Positions 27,480 through 40,580 of a DNA stretch of 64,000 nucleotides are shown here, in pieces. A program made the translations under genes and the position numbers. Each line of letters opens with the position of its first letter. The first letter of the stretch is position 1. Source of the stretch: the human T2T-CHM13v2.0 reference genome, Homo sapiens; the NCBI RefSeq assembly GCF_009914755.1, contig NC_060946.1. One strand, written 5' to 3'. The notes beneath the pieces are model-generated. The model was not told where the DNA came from. It ran no database searches and saw nothing but the letters and a program-made list of their open reading frames with translations.

Positions 27480-30400
27480 TGGAATGGAATGGAATGGAAT
27501 GGAATAGAATGGAATCAATTCGAATGCAATGTAATGGTATAGAATGGAATGGAATGGAATGGAATGGAATCAACCAGAGTGGAATGGAATGGAAAGGAAT
27601 GGAATGGAATGGAATGGAATGGAATGGAATGGAATGGAATGGAACAGCATGGAATGGAATGGAATGGAATGGAATGGAATGGAATGGAACAGCATGGAAT
27701 GGAATGGAATGGAGTGGAATCAACCCGAGTGGAATGGAGTGGAATGGACTGTAATGGTCTGGAATGGAATGGAATGGAATGGAGTGGAATAAACACCAGT
27801 GGAATGGAATGGAATGGAATGGACTGGAATCAACCAGAGTGCAATGGAATGGAATAGAATGGAATGGAATGGAATGGAATGAAAAAAACACGAGTGGAAT
27901 GGAATGGAATGGAATGGAATTCAATGGAATGGAATGGACAGGAATGGAATGGAATGGAATGGAATGGAGTGGAATGGACTAGAATGGAATGGAATGGAAT
28001 GAAATCAACCCGATTGGAATGGAATGGAATGCAATGGAATGGAATGGAATCAACTGGAAAGGAATCAAATGGAACGGAATGGAATAGAATGGAATGGATT
28101 GGAATGGAATGGAATGGATTCAACCCGAGTGGAATGGAATGGAATAGAATGGAATAAACACGAGTGGAATGGAATGGAATGGAATGGAATGGAATGGAAT
28201 GGAATGGAATGGAATGGAATGGAATGGAATGGAATGGAATGGAATCAACTCGAGTGGAATGAAATGTAATGTAATGGAATGGAATGGAATTGAATGGAAT
28301 AAACACGAGTGGAATGGAATGGAATGGAATGGAATGGAATGGAATGGAATGGAATAGAATGGAGTCAATTCAAGTGCAATGGAATGGTATAAAATGGAAT
28401 CGAATGGAATGGAATCAACCAGAGTGGAATGGAATGGAAAGTTATAGAATGGAATGGAATGGAATGGAATGGAACGGAATGGAATGGAATGGAATGGAAT
28501 GTAACGGCATGGAATGGAATGGAATGGAATGGAATGGAATGGAATGGAATGGAATGGCATGCAATGGAATGGAATGGAGTGGAATAAACACGAGTGGAAT
28601 GGAATGGAATGGAATGGACTGGAATGGAAAGGAATGGAAGAGAATGGAATGGAATCAACACGAGTGGAAAGGAATGGAATGGAAAGGAATGGCATGGAAT
28701 GGAAAGGAATGTAATGCAATGGAATGCAGTGTTATGGAATGGAATCAACCCGAGTGGAATGGAATGGAATGGAATGGAATGGAGTGGAATGGAATGGAAT
28801 GGAATGCAATGGAATCGACAGGAATGGAATGGAATGGAATGGAATGGAATGGAGTGGAATGGACTAGAATGGAATGGAATGGAATGGAATGAAATTAACC
28901 CTATTGGTATGGAATGGAATGCAATGGAATGGAATGGAATCAACTGGTAAGGAAACAAATGGAACTGAATGGAATAGAATGGAATGGATTGTAATGGAAT
29001 GGAATGGAATCAAACCTAGTAGAATGGAATGGAAAGAATGGAATGAACAGGAATGGAATGGAATGGAATGGAATTTAATGGAATGGAATGGAATTTAATA
29101 GAATGGAATGGAATGGAATGGAATGGAATGGAATGGAATCAACCCGAGTGGAGTGGAATGGAATGGAATGGAAATGAATGTAATAGAATGGAATAGAATG
29201 GAACGGAAAGGAATGGAATGAACCCGAGTGGAATGGAATGGAATGGAATGGAATGGAAAGGCACGGAATGGAATGGAATGGAATGGAATGGAATGGAATG
29301 GAATGGAATGGAATCAACCCGAGTGGAATGGAATGGAATGGAATCAAACTGAGTGGAATGGAATGGAATGGAATGCAATGGAATGTAATGCAGTGGAAGG
29401 CATTAGAATCAACTGGAATGGAATGCAGTGGAATGGAATGGAATCAACGCCAGTGGAATGGAATGGAATGGAAGGGATAATAATAAAATGGAATGGAATA
29501 AATCCGGCTGGAATGGAATGGAATGGAATGCAATGGAATGAAATGGAATCAACTCGAGTGGAATGAAATGTAACGTAATGTAATGGAATGGAATGGAATG
29601 GAATGGAATGGAATAGAATGGAATCAATTCGAGTGCAATATAATGGTATAGAATGGAATGGAATAGAATGGAATGGAATGGAATGGAATCAACCAGAGTG
29701 GAATGGAATGGAATGGAATGGAATGGAATGGAATGGAATGGAATGGAATGGACTGTAACGGCATGGAATGCAATGGAATGGAGTGGAATCAACCCGAGTG
29801 GAATGGAATGGAATGGACTGTAACGGCATGCAACGGAATGGAATGGAGTGGAATCAAACCGAGAGGAATGGAATGGAATGGAATAGAATGGAATCAATTC
29901 GAATGCAATGTAATGGTATAGAATGGAATGGAATGGAATGGAATCAACCAGAGTGGAATGGAATGGAATGGAATGGAATGGACTGGAATGGAAAGGAATG
30001 GAAGAGAATGGAATGGAATCAATACGAGTGGAAAGGAATGGAATGGAAAGGAATGGAATGGAATGGAAAGGAATGTAATGCAATGGAATGCAGTGTTATG
30101 GAATGGAATCAACCCGAGTGGAATGGAATGGAATGGAATGCAATGGAATGGACAGGAATGGAATGGAATGGAATGGAATGGACAGGCATGGAATGGAATG
30201 GAATGGAATGGAATGGAATGGAATGGAATGGAATGCAATGGAGTGGAATGGACTAGAATGGAATGGAATGGAATGAAATCAACCCGATGGGAATGGAATG
30301 GAATGCAATGGAATGGAATGGAATCAACTGGAAAGGAATCAAATGGAACGGAATGGAATTGAATGGAATTGATTGGAATGGAATGGAATGGAATCAAACC

Positions 30401-32252
30401 TAGTAGAATGGAATGGAAAGAATGGAATGTACAGGAATGGAATGGAATGGAATGGAATTTAATGGAATGGAATGGAATGGAATGGAATTTAATAGAATGG
30501 AATGGAATGGAATGGAATGGAATGGAATGGAATGGAATCAACCCGATTGGAGTCAAATGAAATGGAATGGAAATGAATGGAATAGAATGGAATGGAATGG
30601 AACGGAAAGGAATGGCATGAACCCGAGTGGAATAGAATGGAATGGAATGGAATGGAATGGAATGGAATGGAATCGAAAGGCACGGAATGGAATGGAATGG
30701 AGTGGAATGGAATGGAATGGAATGGAATCAACCCGAGTGGAATGGAATGGAATGGAATCAAACTGAGTGGAATGGAATGGAATGGAATGCAATGGAATGT
30801 AATGGAGTGGAAGGCATTAGAATCAACTGGAATGGAATGGAGTGGAATGGAATGAAATCAACGCCAGTGGAATGGAATGGAATGGAATGGAATGGATAAT
30901 AATGGAATGGAATGGAATCAATCCGGGTGGAATGGAATGGAATGGAATGCAATGGAATGGAATGGAATCAACTCGAGTGGAATGAAATGTAACGTAATGT
31001 AATGTAATGGAATGGAATAGAATGGAATCAATTCGAGTGTAATATAACGGTATAGAATGGAATGGAATGGAATGGAATGGAATCAACTAGAGTGGAAACG
31101 AATGGAAAGGAATGGAATGGAATGGAATGGAGTGTAATGGAATGGAATGGAATGGAATGGAATGGAATGGCATGGAATGGAATGGAATGGAGTGGAATCA
31201 ACCAGAGTGGAATGGAGTGCAATGGACTGTAACGGCATGGAATGGAATGGAATGGAGTGGAATAAACACGAGTGGAATGGAATGGAATGGAATGGACTGG
31301 AATGGAATGGAATGGAATCAACCCGAGTGAAATGGAATGGAATAGAATGGAATGAAATAAACACGAGTGGAAAGGAATGGAATGGAATGGAATGGAAGAG
31401 AGTGGAATGGAATCAACTCGAGTGGAAAGGAATGGAATGGAAAGGAATGGATTGGAATGGAAAGGAATGGAATGCAATGGAATGCAATGTTATGGAATGG
31501 AATCAACCAGAGTTGAATGGAATGGAATGGAATGGAATGCAATGGAATGGAATGGAATCAACTCGAGTGGAATGAAATGTAATGTAATGTAATGTAATGG
31601 AATGTAATGGAATGGAATGGAATGGAATGGAATAGAATGGAATCATTTCGAATGCAATGTAATGGTATAGAATGGAATGGAATGGAATGGAATCAACCAG
31701 AGTGGAATGGAATGGAAAGGAATGGAAAGGAATGGAATGGAATGGAATGTAACGGCATGGAATGGAATGGAATGGAGTGGAATCAACCCGAGTGGAATGG
31801 AGTGGAATGGACTGTAATGGAATGGAATGGAATGGAGTGGAATAAACACAAGTGGAAAGGAATGGAATGGAATCAAACTGAGTGGAATGGAATGGAATGG
31901 AAAGCAATGGAATGTAATGCAGTGGAAGGCATTAGAATCAACTGGAATGGAATGGAGTGGAATGGAATGGAATCAACGCCAGTGGAATGGATTGGAAAGG
32001 AATGGATAATAATGGAATGGAAGGGAATCAATCCGGGTGGAATGGAATGGAAAGGAATGCAATGGAATGAAATGGAATCAACTCGAGTGGAATGAAATGT
32101 AACGTAATGTAATGGAATGGAATGGAATGGAATAGAATGGAATCAATTCGAGTGCAATATAATGGTATAGAATGGAATGGAATGGAATGGAATGGAATGG
32201 AATCAACCAGAGTGGAATGGAATGGAAAGGAATGGAATGGAATGGAATGGAA
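27480..32252 (+). repeat. 4,773-bp tandem unit, copy 4 of 4 (three extra pentamers)
   Basis: Offset changes from 4,758 to 4,773 across the GGAAT run at ~28,166-28,245. C>A at 31,509 (CAACCAGAGTTG). After ~32,290 the sequence resumes with GGCACGGCATGG, as at ~59,313. Confidence 0.92.
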
Positions 32253-32744
32253 TGGAATGGAATGGAATGGAATGGAATGGAATGGAATGGCACGGCATGG
32301 AATGGAATGGAATGGAGTGGAATCAACCCGAGTGGAATGGAGTGGAATGGACTGTAATGGCATGGAATGGAATGGAATGGAAAGGAGTGGAATAAACACA
32401 AGTGGAATGGAATGGAATGGAATGGACTGGAATCAACCGGAGTGCAATGGAATGGAATAGAATGGAATGGAATGGAATGGAATGAAATAAACACGAACGG
32501 AACGGAATGGAATGGAATGGAATGGAATGGAGTGGAATGGACTAGAATGGAATGGAATGGAATGAAATCAACCCGATTGGATTGGAATGGAATGCAATGG
32601 AATCAACTGGAAAGGAATCAAATGGAACGGAATGGAATGGAATGGAATGGAATGGAATGGAATGGAACGGAATGGAATCAACCTCTATGGAATGGAATGG
32701 AATGGAATGGATTATAATGGAATGGAATGGAATCAATCCGGGTG

Positions 32745-35700
32745 GAATGGAATGGAATGGAATGGAATGGAATGGAATGCAATGGAATGGACAGGAATGG
32801 AATGGAATGGAATTCAATGGAATGGAATGGACAGGAATGCAATGGAATGTAATGGAATGGAATGGAATGGAGTGGAATGGACTAGAATGGAATGGAATGG
32901 AATGAAATCAACCCGATTGGAATGGAATAGAATGCAATGGAATGGAATGCAATCAACTGGAAAGGAATCAAATGGAACGGAATGGAATAGAATGGAATGG
33001 ATTGGAATGGAAAGGAATGGATTCAACCCGAGTGGAATGGAATGGAATAGAACGGAATAAACACGAGTGGAATGGAATGGAATGGAATGGAATGGAATGG
33101 AATGGAATGGAATGGAATCAACTCGAGTGGAATGAAATGTAATGGAATGGAATGGAATGGAATTGAATGGAATAAACACGAGTGGAATGGAATGGAATGG
33201 AATGGAATGGAATAGAATGGAGTCAATTCAAGTGCAATGGAATGGTATACAATGGAATCGAATGGAATGGAATCAACCAGTGTGGAATGGAATGGAAAGG
33301 AATGGAATGGAATGGAACGGAACGGAATGGAATGGAATGGCATGGAATGTAACGGCATGGAATGGAATGGAATGGAATGGAATGGAATATAACGGCATGC
33401 AATGGAATGGAATGGAGTGGATTCAACCCGAGTGGAATGGAGTGGATTGGACTGTAACGGCATGGAATGGAATGGAATGGAGTGGAATAAACACGAGTGG
33501 AATGGAATGGAATGGAATGGACTGGAATCAACCCGAGTGCAATGGAATGGAATGGAATGGAATGGAGTGAAATAAACTCGAGTGGAATGGAATGGAATGG
33601 AATAGAATGGAATGGAATGGAAAGGAATGGAAGAGAATGGAATGGAATCAACTCGAGTGGAAAGGAATGGAATGGAAAGGAATGGAATGGAATGGAAAGG
33701 AATGGAATGCAATGTAATGCAGTGTTATGGAATGGAATCAACCCGAGTGGAATGGAATGGAATGGAAAGGAATGGAATGCAATGGAATGCAATGTTAGGG
33801 AATGGAATCAACCCGAGTGGAATGGAATGGAATGGAATGGAATGCAATGGAATGGAATGGAATGGAATGGAATGGAATGGAATAGAATGGAATCAATTCG
33901 AATGCAATGTAATGGTATAGAATGGAATGGAATGGAATGGAATGGAATCAACCAGAGTGTAATGGAATGGAAAGGAATGGAATGGAATGGAATGGAATGG
34001 AATGGAATGGAATGTAACAGCATGGAATGGAATGGAATGGAGTGGAATCAACCCGAGTGGAATGGAGTGGAATGGACTGTAATGGTCTGGAATGGAATGG
34101 AATGGAATGGAGTGGAATAAACACAAGTGGAATGGAATGGAATGGAATGGACTGGAATCAACCAGAGTGCAATGGAATGGAATAGAATGGAATGGAATGG
34201 AATGGAATGAAAAAAACACGAGTGGAATGGAATGGAATGGAATGGAATTCAATGGAATGGAATGGACAGGAATGGAATGGAATGGAATGGAATGGAGTGG
34301 AATGGACTGGAATGGAATGGAATGGAATGAAATCAACCCGATTGGAATGGAATGGAATGCAATGGAATGGAATGGAATCAACTGGAAAGGAATCAAATGG
34401 AACGGAATGGAATAGAATGGAATGGATTGGAATGGAATGGAATGGATTCAACCCGAGTGGAATGGAATGGAATAGAATGGAATAAACACGAGTGGAATGG
34501 AATGGAATGGAATGGAATGGAATGGAATGGAATGGAATCAACTCGAGTGGAATGAAATGTAATGTAATGGAATGGAATGGAATTGAATGGAATAAACACG
34601 AGTGGAATGGAATGGAATGGAATGGAATGGAATGGAATGGAATGGAATAGAATGGAGTCAATTCAAGTGCAATGGAATGGTATAAAATGGAATCGAATGG
34701 AATGGAATCAACCAGAGTGGAATGGAATGGAAAGTTATAGAATGGAATGGAATGGAATGGAATGGCATGGAATGTAACGGCATGGAATGGAATGGAATGG
34801 AATGGAATGGAATGGAATGGAATATAACGGCATGCAATGGAATGGAATGGAGTGGATTCAACCCGAGTGGAATGGAGTGGATTGGACTGTAACGGCATGG
34901 AATGGAATGGAATGGAGTGGAATAAACACGAGTGGAATGGAATGGAATGGAATGGACTGGAATCAACCCGAGTGCAATGGAATGGAATGGAATGGAATGG
35001 AATGGAATGGAGTGAAATAAACTCGAGTGGAATGGAATGGAATGGAATAGAATGGAATGGAATGGAAAGGAATGGAAGAGAATGGAATGGAATCAACTCG
35101 AGTGGAAAGGAATGGAATGGAAAGGAATGGAATGGAATGGAAAGGAATGGAATGCAATGTAATGCAGTGTTATGGAATGGAATCAACCCGAGTGGAATGG
35201 AATGGAATGGAAAGGAATGGAATGCAATGGAATGCAATGTTAGGGAATGGAATCAACCCGAGTGGAATGGAATGGAATGGAATGGAATGCAATGGAATGG
35301 AATGGAATGGAATGGAATGGAATGGAATAGAATGGAATCAATTCGAATGCAATGTAATGGTATAGAATGGAATGGAATGGAATGGAATGGAATCAACCAG
35401 AGTGGAATGGAATGGAAAGGAATGGAATGGAATGGAATGGAATGGAATGGAATGTAACGGCATGGAATGGAATGGAATGGAGTGGAATCAACCCGAGTGG
35501 AATGGAGTGGAATGGACTGTAATGGTCTGGAATGGAATGGAATGGAATGGAGTGGAATAAACACAAGTGGAATGGAATGGAATGGAATGGACTGGAATCA
35601 ACCAGAGTGCAATGGAATGGAATAGAATGGAATGGAATGGAATGGAATGAAAAAAACACGAGTGGAATGGAATGGAATGGAATGGAATTCAATGGAATGG

Positions 35701-38700
35701 AATGGACAGGAATGGAATGGAATGGAATGGAATGGAGTGGAATGGACTAGAATGGAATGGAATGGAATGAAATCAACCCGATTGGAATGGAATGGAATGC
35801 AATGGAATGGAATGGAATCAACTGGAAAGGAATCAAATGGAACGGAATGGAATAGAATGGAATGGATTGGAATGGAATGGAATGGATTCAACCCGAGTGG
35901 AATGGAATGGAATAGAATGGAATAAACACGAGTGGAATGGAATGGAATGGAATGGAATGGAATGGAATGGAATGGAATGGAATCAACTCGAGTGGAATGA
36001 AATGTAATGTAATGGAATGGAATGGAATTGAATGGAATAAACACGAGTGGAATGGAATGGAATGGAATGGAATGGAATGGAATGGAATGGAATAGAATGG
36101 AGTCAATTCAAGTGCAATGGAATGGTATAAAATGGAATCGAATGGAATGGAATCAACCAGAGTGGAATGGAATGGAAAGTTATAGAATGGAATGGAATGG
36201 AATGGAATGGAACGGAATGGAATGGAATGGAATGGAATGTAACGGCATGGAATGGAATGGAATGGAATGGAATGGAATGGAATGGCATGCAATGGAATGG
36301 AATGGAGTGGAATAAACACGAGTGGAATGGAATGGAATGGAATGGAATGGAATGGACTGGAATGGAAAGGAATGGAAGAGAATGGAATGGAATCAACACG
36401 AGTGGAAAGGAATGGAATGGAAAGGAATGGCATGGAATGGAAAGGAATGTAATGCAATGGAATGCAGTGTTATGGAATGGAATCAACCCGAGTGGAATGG
36501 AATGGAATGGAATGGAATGGAGTGGAATGGAATGGAATGGAATGCAATGGAATGGACAGGAATGGAATGGAATGGAATGGAATGGAGTGGAATGGACTAG
36601 AATGGAATGGAATGGAATGGAATGAAATTAACCCTATTGGTATGGAATGGAATGCAATGGAATGGAATGGAATCAACTGGTAAGGAAACAAATGGAACTG
36701 AATGGAATAGAATGGAATGGATTGTAATGGAATGGAATGGAATCAAACCTAGTAGAATGGAATGGAAAGAATGGAATGAACAGGAATGGAATGGAATGGA
36801 ATGGAATTTAATGGAATGGAATGGAATTTAATAGAATGGAATGGAATGGAATGGAATGGAATGGAATGGAATCAACCCGAGTGGAGTGGAATGGAATGGA
36901 ATGGAAATGAATGGAATAGAATGGAATAGAATGGAACGGAAAGGAATGGAATGAACCCGAGTGGAATGGAATGGAATGGAATGGAATGGAAAGGCACGGA
37001 ATGGAATGGAATGGAATGGAATGGAATGGAATGGAATGGAATCAACCCGAGTGGAATGGAATGGAATGGAATCAAACTGAGTGGAATGGAATGGAATGGA
37101 ATGCAATGGAATGTAATGCAGTGGAAGGCATTAGAATCAACTGGAATGGAATGCAGTGGAATGGAATGGAATCAACGCCAGTGGAATGGAATGGAATGGA
37201 AGGGATAATAATAAAATGGAATGGAATAAATCCGGCTGGAATGGAATGGAATGGAATGCAATGGAATGAAATGGAATCAACTCGAGTGGAATGAAATGTA
37301 ACTTGATGGAATGGAATGGAATGGAATGGAATGGAATGGAATGGAATGGAATACAATGGAATCAATTCGAGTGCCATGTAATGGTATAGAATGGAATGGA
37401 ATGGAATGGAATGAAATGGAATGGAATGGAATGGAATGGAATCATCCAGAGTGGAATGGAATGGAATGGAATGGAATGGAATGGAATATATTGGAATGGA
37501 ATGGAATGGAATGGAATGGAATATATTGGAATGGAATGCAACAGAATCAACTGGAATGGAATGGAATGGAATGGAATGGATTATAATGGAATGGAATGGA
37601 ATCAATCCGAGTGGAATGGAATGGAATGGAATGGAATGGAATTCAATGTAATGGAAACAAACCGAGAGGAATGTAATGGAATGGAAAGGACTGGAATGTA
37701 ATGGAATGGATTGGAATCAAACCGATTCCAATGCAACGGAATGGAATGGAATGGAATGGAAAGAAATCAACCCGAATGGAATGGATTGGAATAGAGTGGA
37801 ATGGAATGGAATGGCATGGAATGCAATGAAATCAACTAGAATGGAATTGAATGGAATGGAATGAACAGGAATGGAATGGAATGGAATGGAATGGAATGGA
37901 ATGGAATGGAGTGGAATGGAATGCAATGGAATGAAATCAACCCGATTGGAATGGAATGGAATGCAATGGAATGGAATGGAATCAACTGGAAAGGAATCAA
38001 ATGGAACGGAATCGAATGGAATGGAATGGAATGGAATGGAATGGAATGGAATGGAATGGAACGGAACGGAATCAACCTCTGTGGAATGGAATGGAATGGA
38101 ATGGATTATAATGGAATGGAATGGAATCAATCCAGGTGGAATGGAATGGAATGGAATGGAATGGAATGGAATGCAATGGAATGGACAGGAATGGAATGGA
38201 ATGGAATTCAATGGAATGGAATGGACAGGAATGCAATGGAATGTAATGGAATGGAATGGAATGGAGTGGAATGGACTAGAATGGAATGGAATGGAATGAA
38301 ATCAACCCGATTGGAATGGAATAGAATGCAATGGAATGGAATGCAATCAACTGGAAAGGAATCAAATGGAACGGAATGGAATAGAATGGAATGGATTGGA
38401 ATGGAAAGGAATGGATTCAACCCGAGTGGAATGGAATGGAATAGAACGGAATAAACACGAGTGGAATGGAATGGAATGGAATGGAATCAACTCGAGTGGA
38501 ATGAAATGTAATGTAATGGAATGGAATGGAATTGAATGGAATAAACACGAGTGGAATGGAATGGAATGGAATGGAATGGAATAGAATGGAGTCAATTCAA
38601 GTGCAATGGAATGGTATACAATGGAATCGAATGGAATGGAATCAACCAGAGTGGAATGGAATGGAAAGGAATGGAATGGAATGGAACGGAACGGAATGGA

Positions 38701-40580
38701 ATGGAATGGAATGGAATGGAATGGAATGGAATGGAACGGCATGGAATGGAATGGAATGGAATGGAATGGAATGGAATGGAATATAACGGCATGCAATTGA
38801 ATGGAATGGAGTGGATTCAACCCGAGTGGAATGGAGTGGATTGAACGGTAACGGCATGGAATGGAATGGAATGGAGTGGAATAAACAAGAGTGGAATGGA
38901 ATGGAATAGAATGGAATGGAATGGAATGGAGTGAAATAAACTCGAGTGGAATGGAATGGAATGGAATAGAATGGAATGGAATGGAAAGGAATGGAAGAGA
39001 ATGGAATGGAATCAACTCGAGTGGAAAGGAATGGAATGGAAAGGAATGGAATGGAATGGAAAGGAATGGAATGCAATGGAATGCAGTGTTATGGAATGGA
39101 ATCAACCCGAGTGGAATGGAATGGAATGGAATGGAATGGAATGGAATGGACAGGAATGGAATGGAATGGAATGCAATGGAATGGAATGGAATGGAATGGA
39201 GTGGAATGGACTAGAATGGAATGGAATGGAATGAAATCAACCCGATGGGAATGGAATGGAATGCAATGGAATGGAATGGAATCAACTGGAAAGGAATCAA
39301 ATGGAACGGAATGGAATTGAATGGAATGGATTGGAATGGAATGGAATGGAATGGAATTTAATAGAATGGAATGGAATGGAATGGAATAGAATGGAATGGA
39401 ATCAACCCGATTGGAGTCAAATGAAATGGAATGGAAATGAATGGAATAGAATGGAATGTAATGGAACGGAAAGGAATGGCATGAACCCGAGTGGAATGGA
39501 ATGGAATGGAATGGAATGGAATGGAATCGAAAGGCACGGAATGGAATGGAATGGAATGGAATCAACCCGAGTGGAATGGAATGGAATGGAATCAAACTGA
39601 GTGGAATGGAATGGAATGGAATGAAATGGAATGTAATGGAGTGGAAGGCATTAGAGTCAACTGGAATGGAATGGAGTGGAATGGAATGGAATCAACGCCA
39701 GTGGAATGGAATGGAATGGAATGGATAATAATGGAATGGAATGGAATCAATCCGGGTGGAATGGAATGGAATGGAATGCAATGGAATGGAATGGAATCAA
39801 CTCGAGTGGAATGAAATGTAACGTAATGTAACGGAATGGAATGGAATGGAATGGAATAGAATGGAATCAATTCGAGTGTAATATAACGGTATACAATGGA
39901 ATGGAATGGAATGGAATGGAATCAACTAGAGTGGAAACGAATGGAAAGGAATGGAATGGAATGGAATGGAGTGTAATGGAATGGAATGGAATGGAATGGA
40001 ATGGAATGGAATAGAATGGAGTCAATTCAAGTGCAATGGAATGGTATACAATGGAATCGAATGGAATGGAATCAACCAGAGTGGAATGGAATGGAAAGGA
40101 ATGGAATGGAATGGAACGGAACGGAATGGAATGGAATGGAATGGAATGTAACGGCATGGAATGGAATGGAATGGAATGGAATGGAATGGAATGGAATGGA
40201 ATATAACGGCATGCAATGGAATGGAATGGAGTGGATTCAACCCGAGTGGAATGGAGTGGATTGGACTGTAACGGCATGGAATGGAATGGAATGGAGTGGA
40301 ATAAACACGAGTGGAATGGAAAGGAATGGAATGGACTGGAATCAACCCGAGTGCAATGGAATGGAATGGAATGGAATGGAATGGAGTGAAATAAACTCGA
40401 GTGGAATGGAATGGAATGGAATAGAATGGAATGGAATTTAAAGGAATGGAAGAGAATGGAATGGAATCAACTCGAGTGGAAAGGAATGGAATGGAAAGGA
40501 ATGGAATGGAATGGAAAGGAATGGAATGCAATGGAATGCAGTGTTATGGAATGGAATCAACCCGAGTGGAATGGAATGGA
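32745..40580 (+). repeat. ~7.85 kb tandem duplication, copy 1
   Basis: ORF offsets of 7,834-7,869 (32814/40648, 33612/41456, 36167/44031, 37311/45170, 39256/47110, 40411/48260). The offsets differ only by multiples of 5. Confidence 0.9.
33325..36200 (+). repeat. ~1.44 kb tandem duplication (also at ~41.2-44.05 kb and ~60.35-63.2 kb)
   Basis: Offsets 33612/35057 (1,445), 34192/35632 (1,440), 61231/62671 (1,440). Markers TGTTAGGGAAT and GAAAAAAACACGAG each occur twice per region. Confidence 0.8.

Larger units (their letters stand above)
4040..37290 (+). repeat. ~19 kb higher-order unit, copy A (expanded by three extra 4,758-bp copies)
   Basis: Begins at the marker GTAACTTGATGG (~4,065). ORF offsets to copy C are ~41.0-41.3 kb (4077/45170, 8056/49359, 12495/53823, 17318/58631) and then ~27.03 kb (32367/59391, 36607/63636). 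The change in offset equals 3 x ~4.76 kb. Confidence 0.85.
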
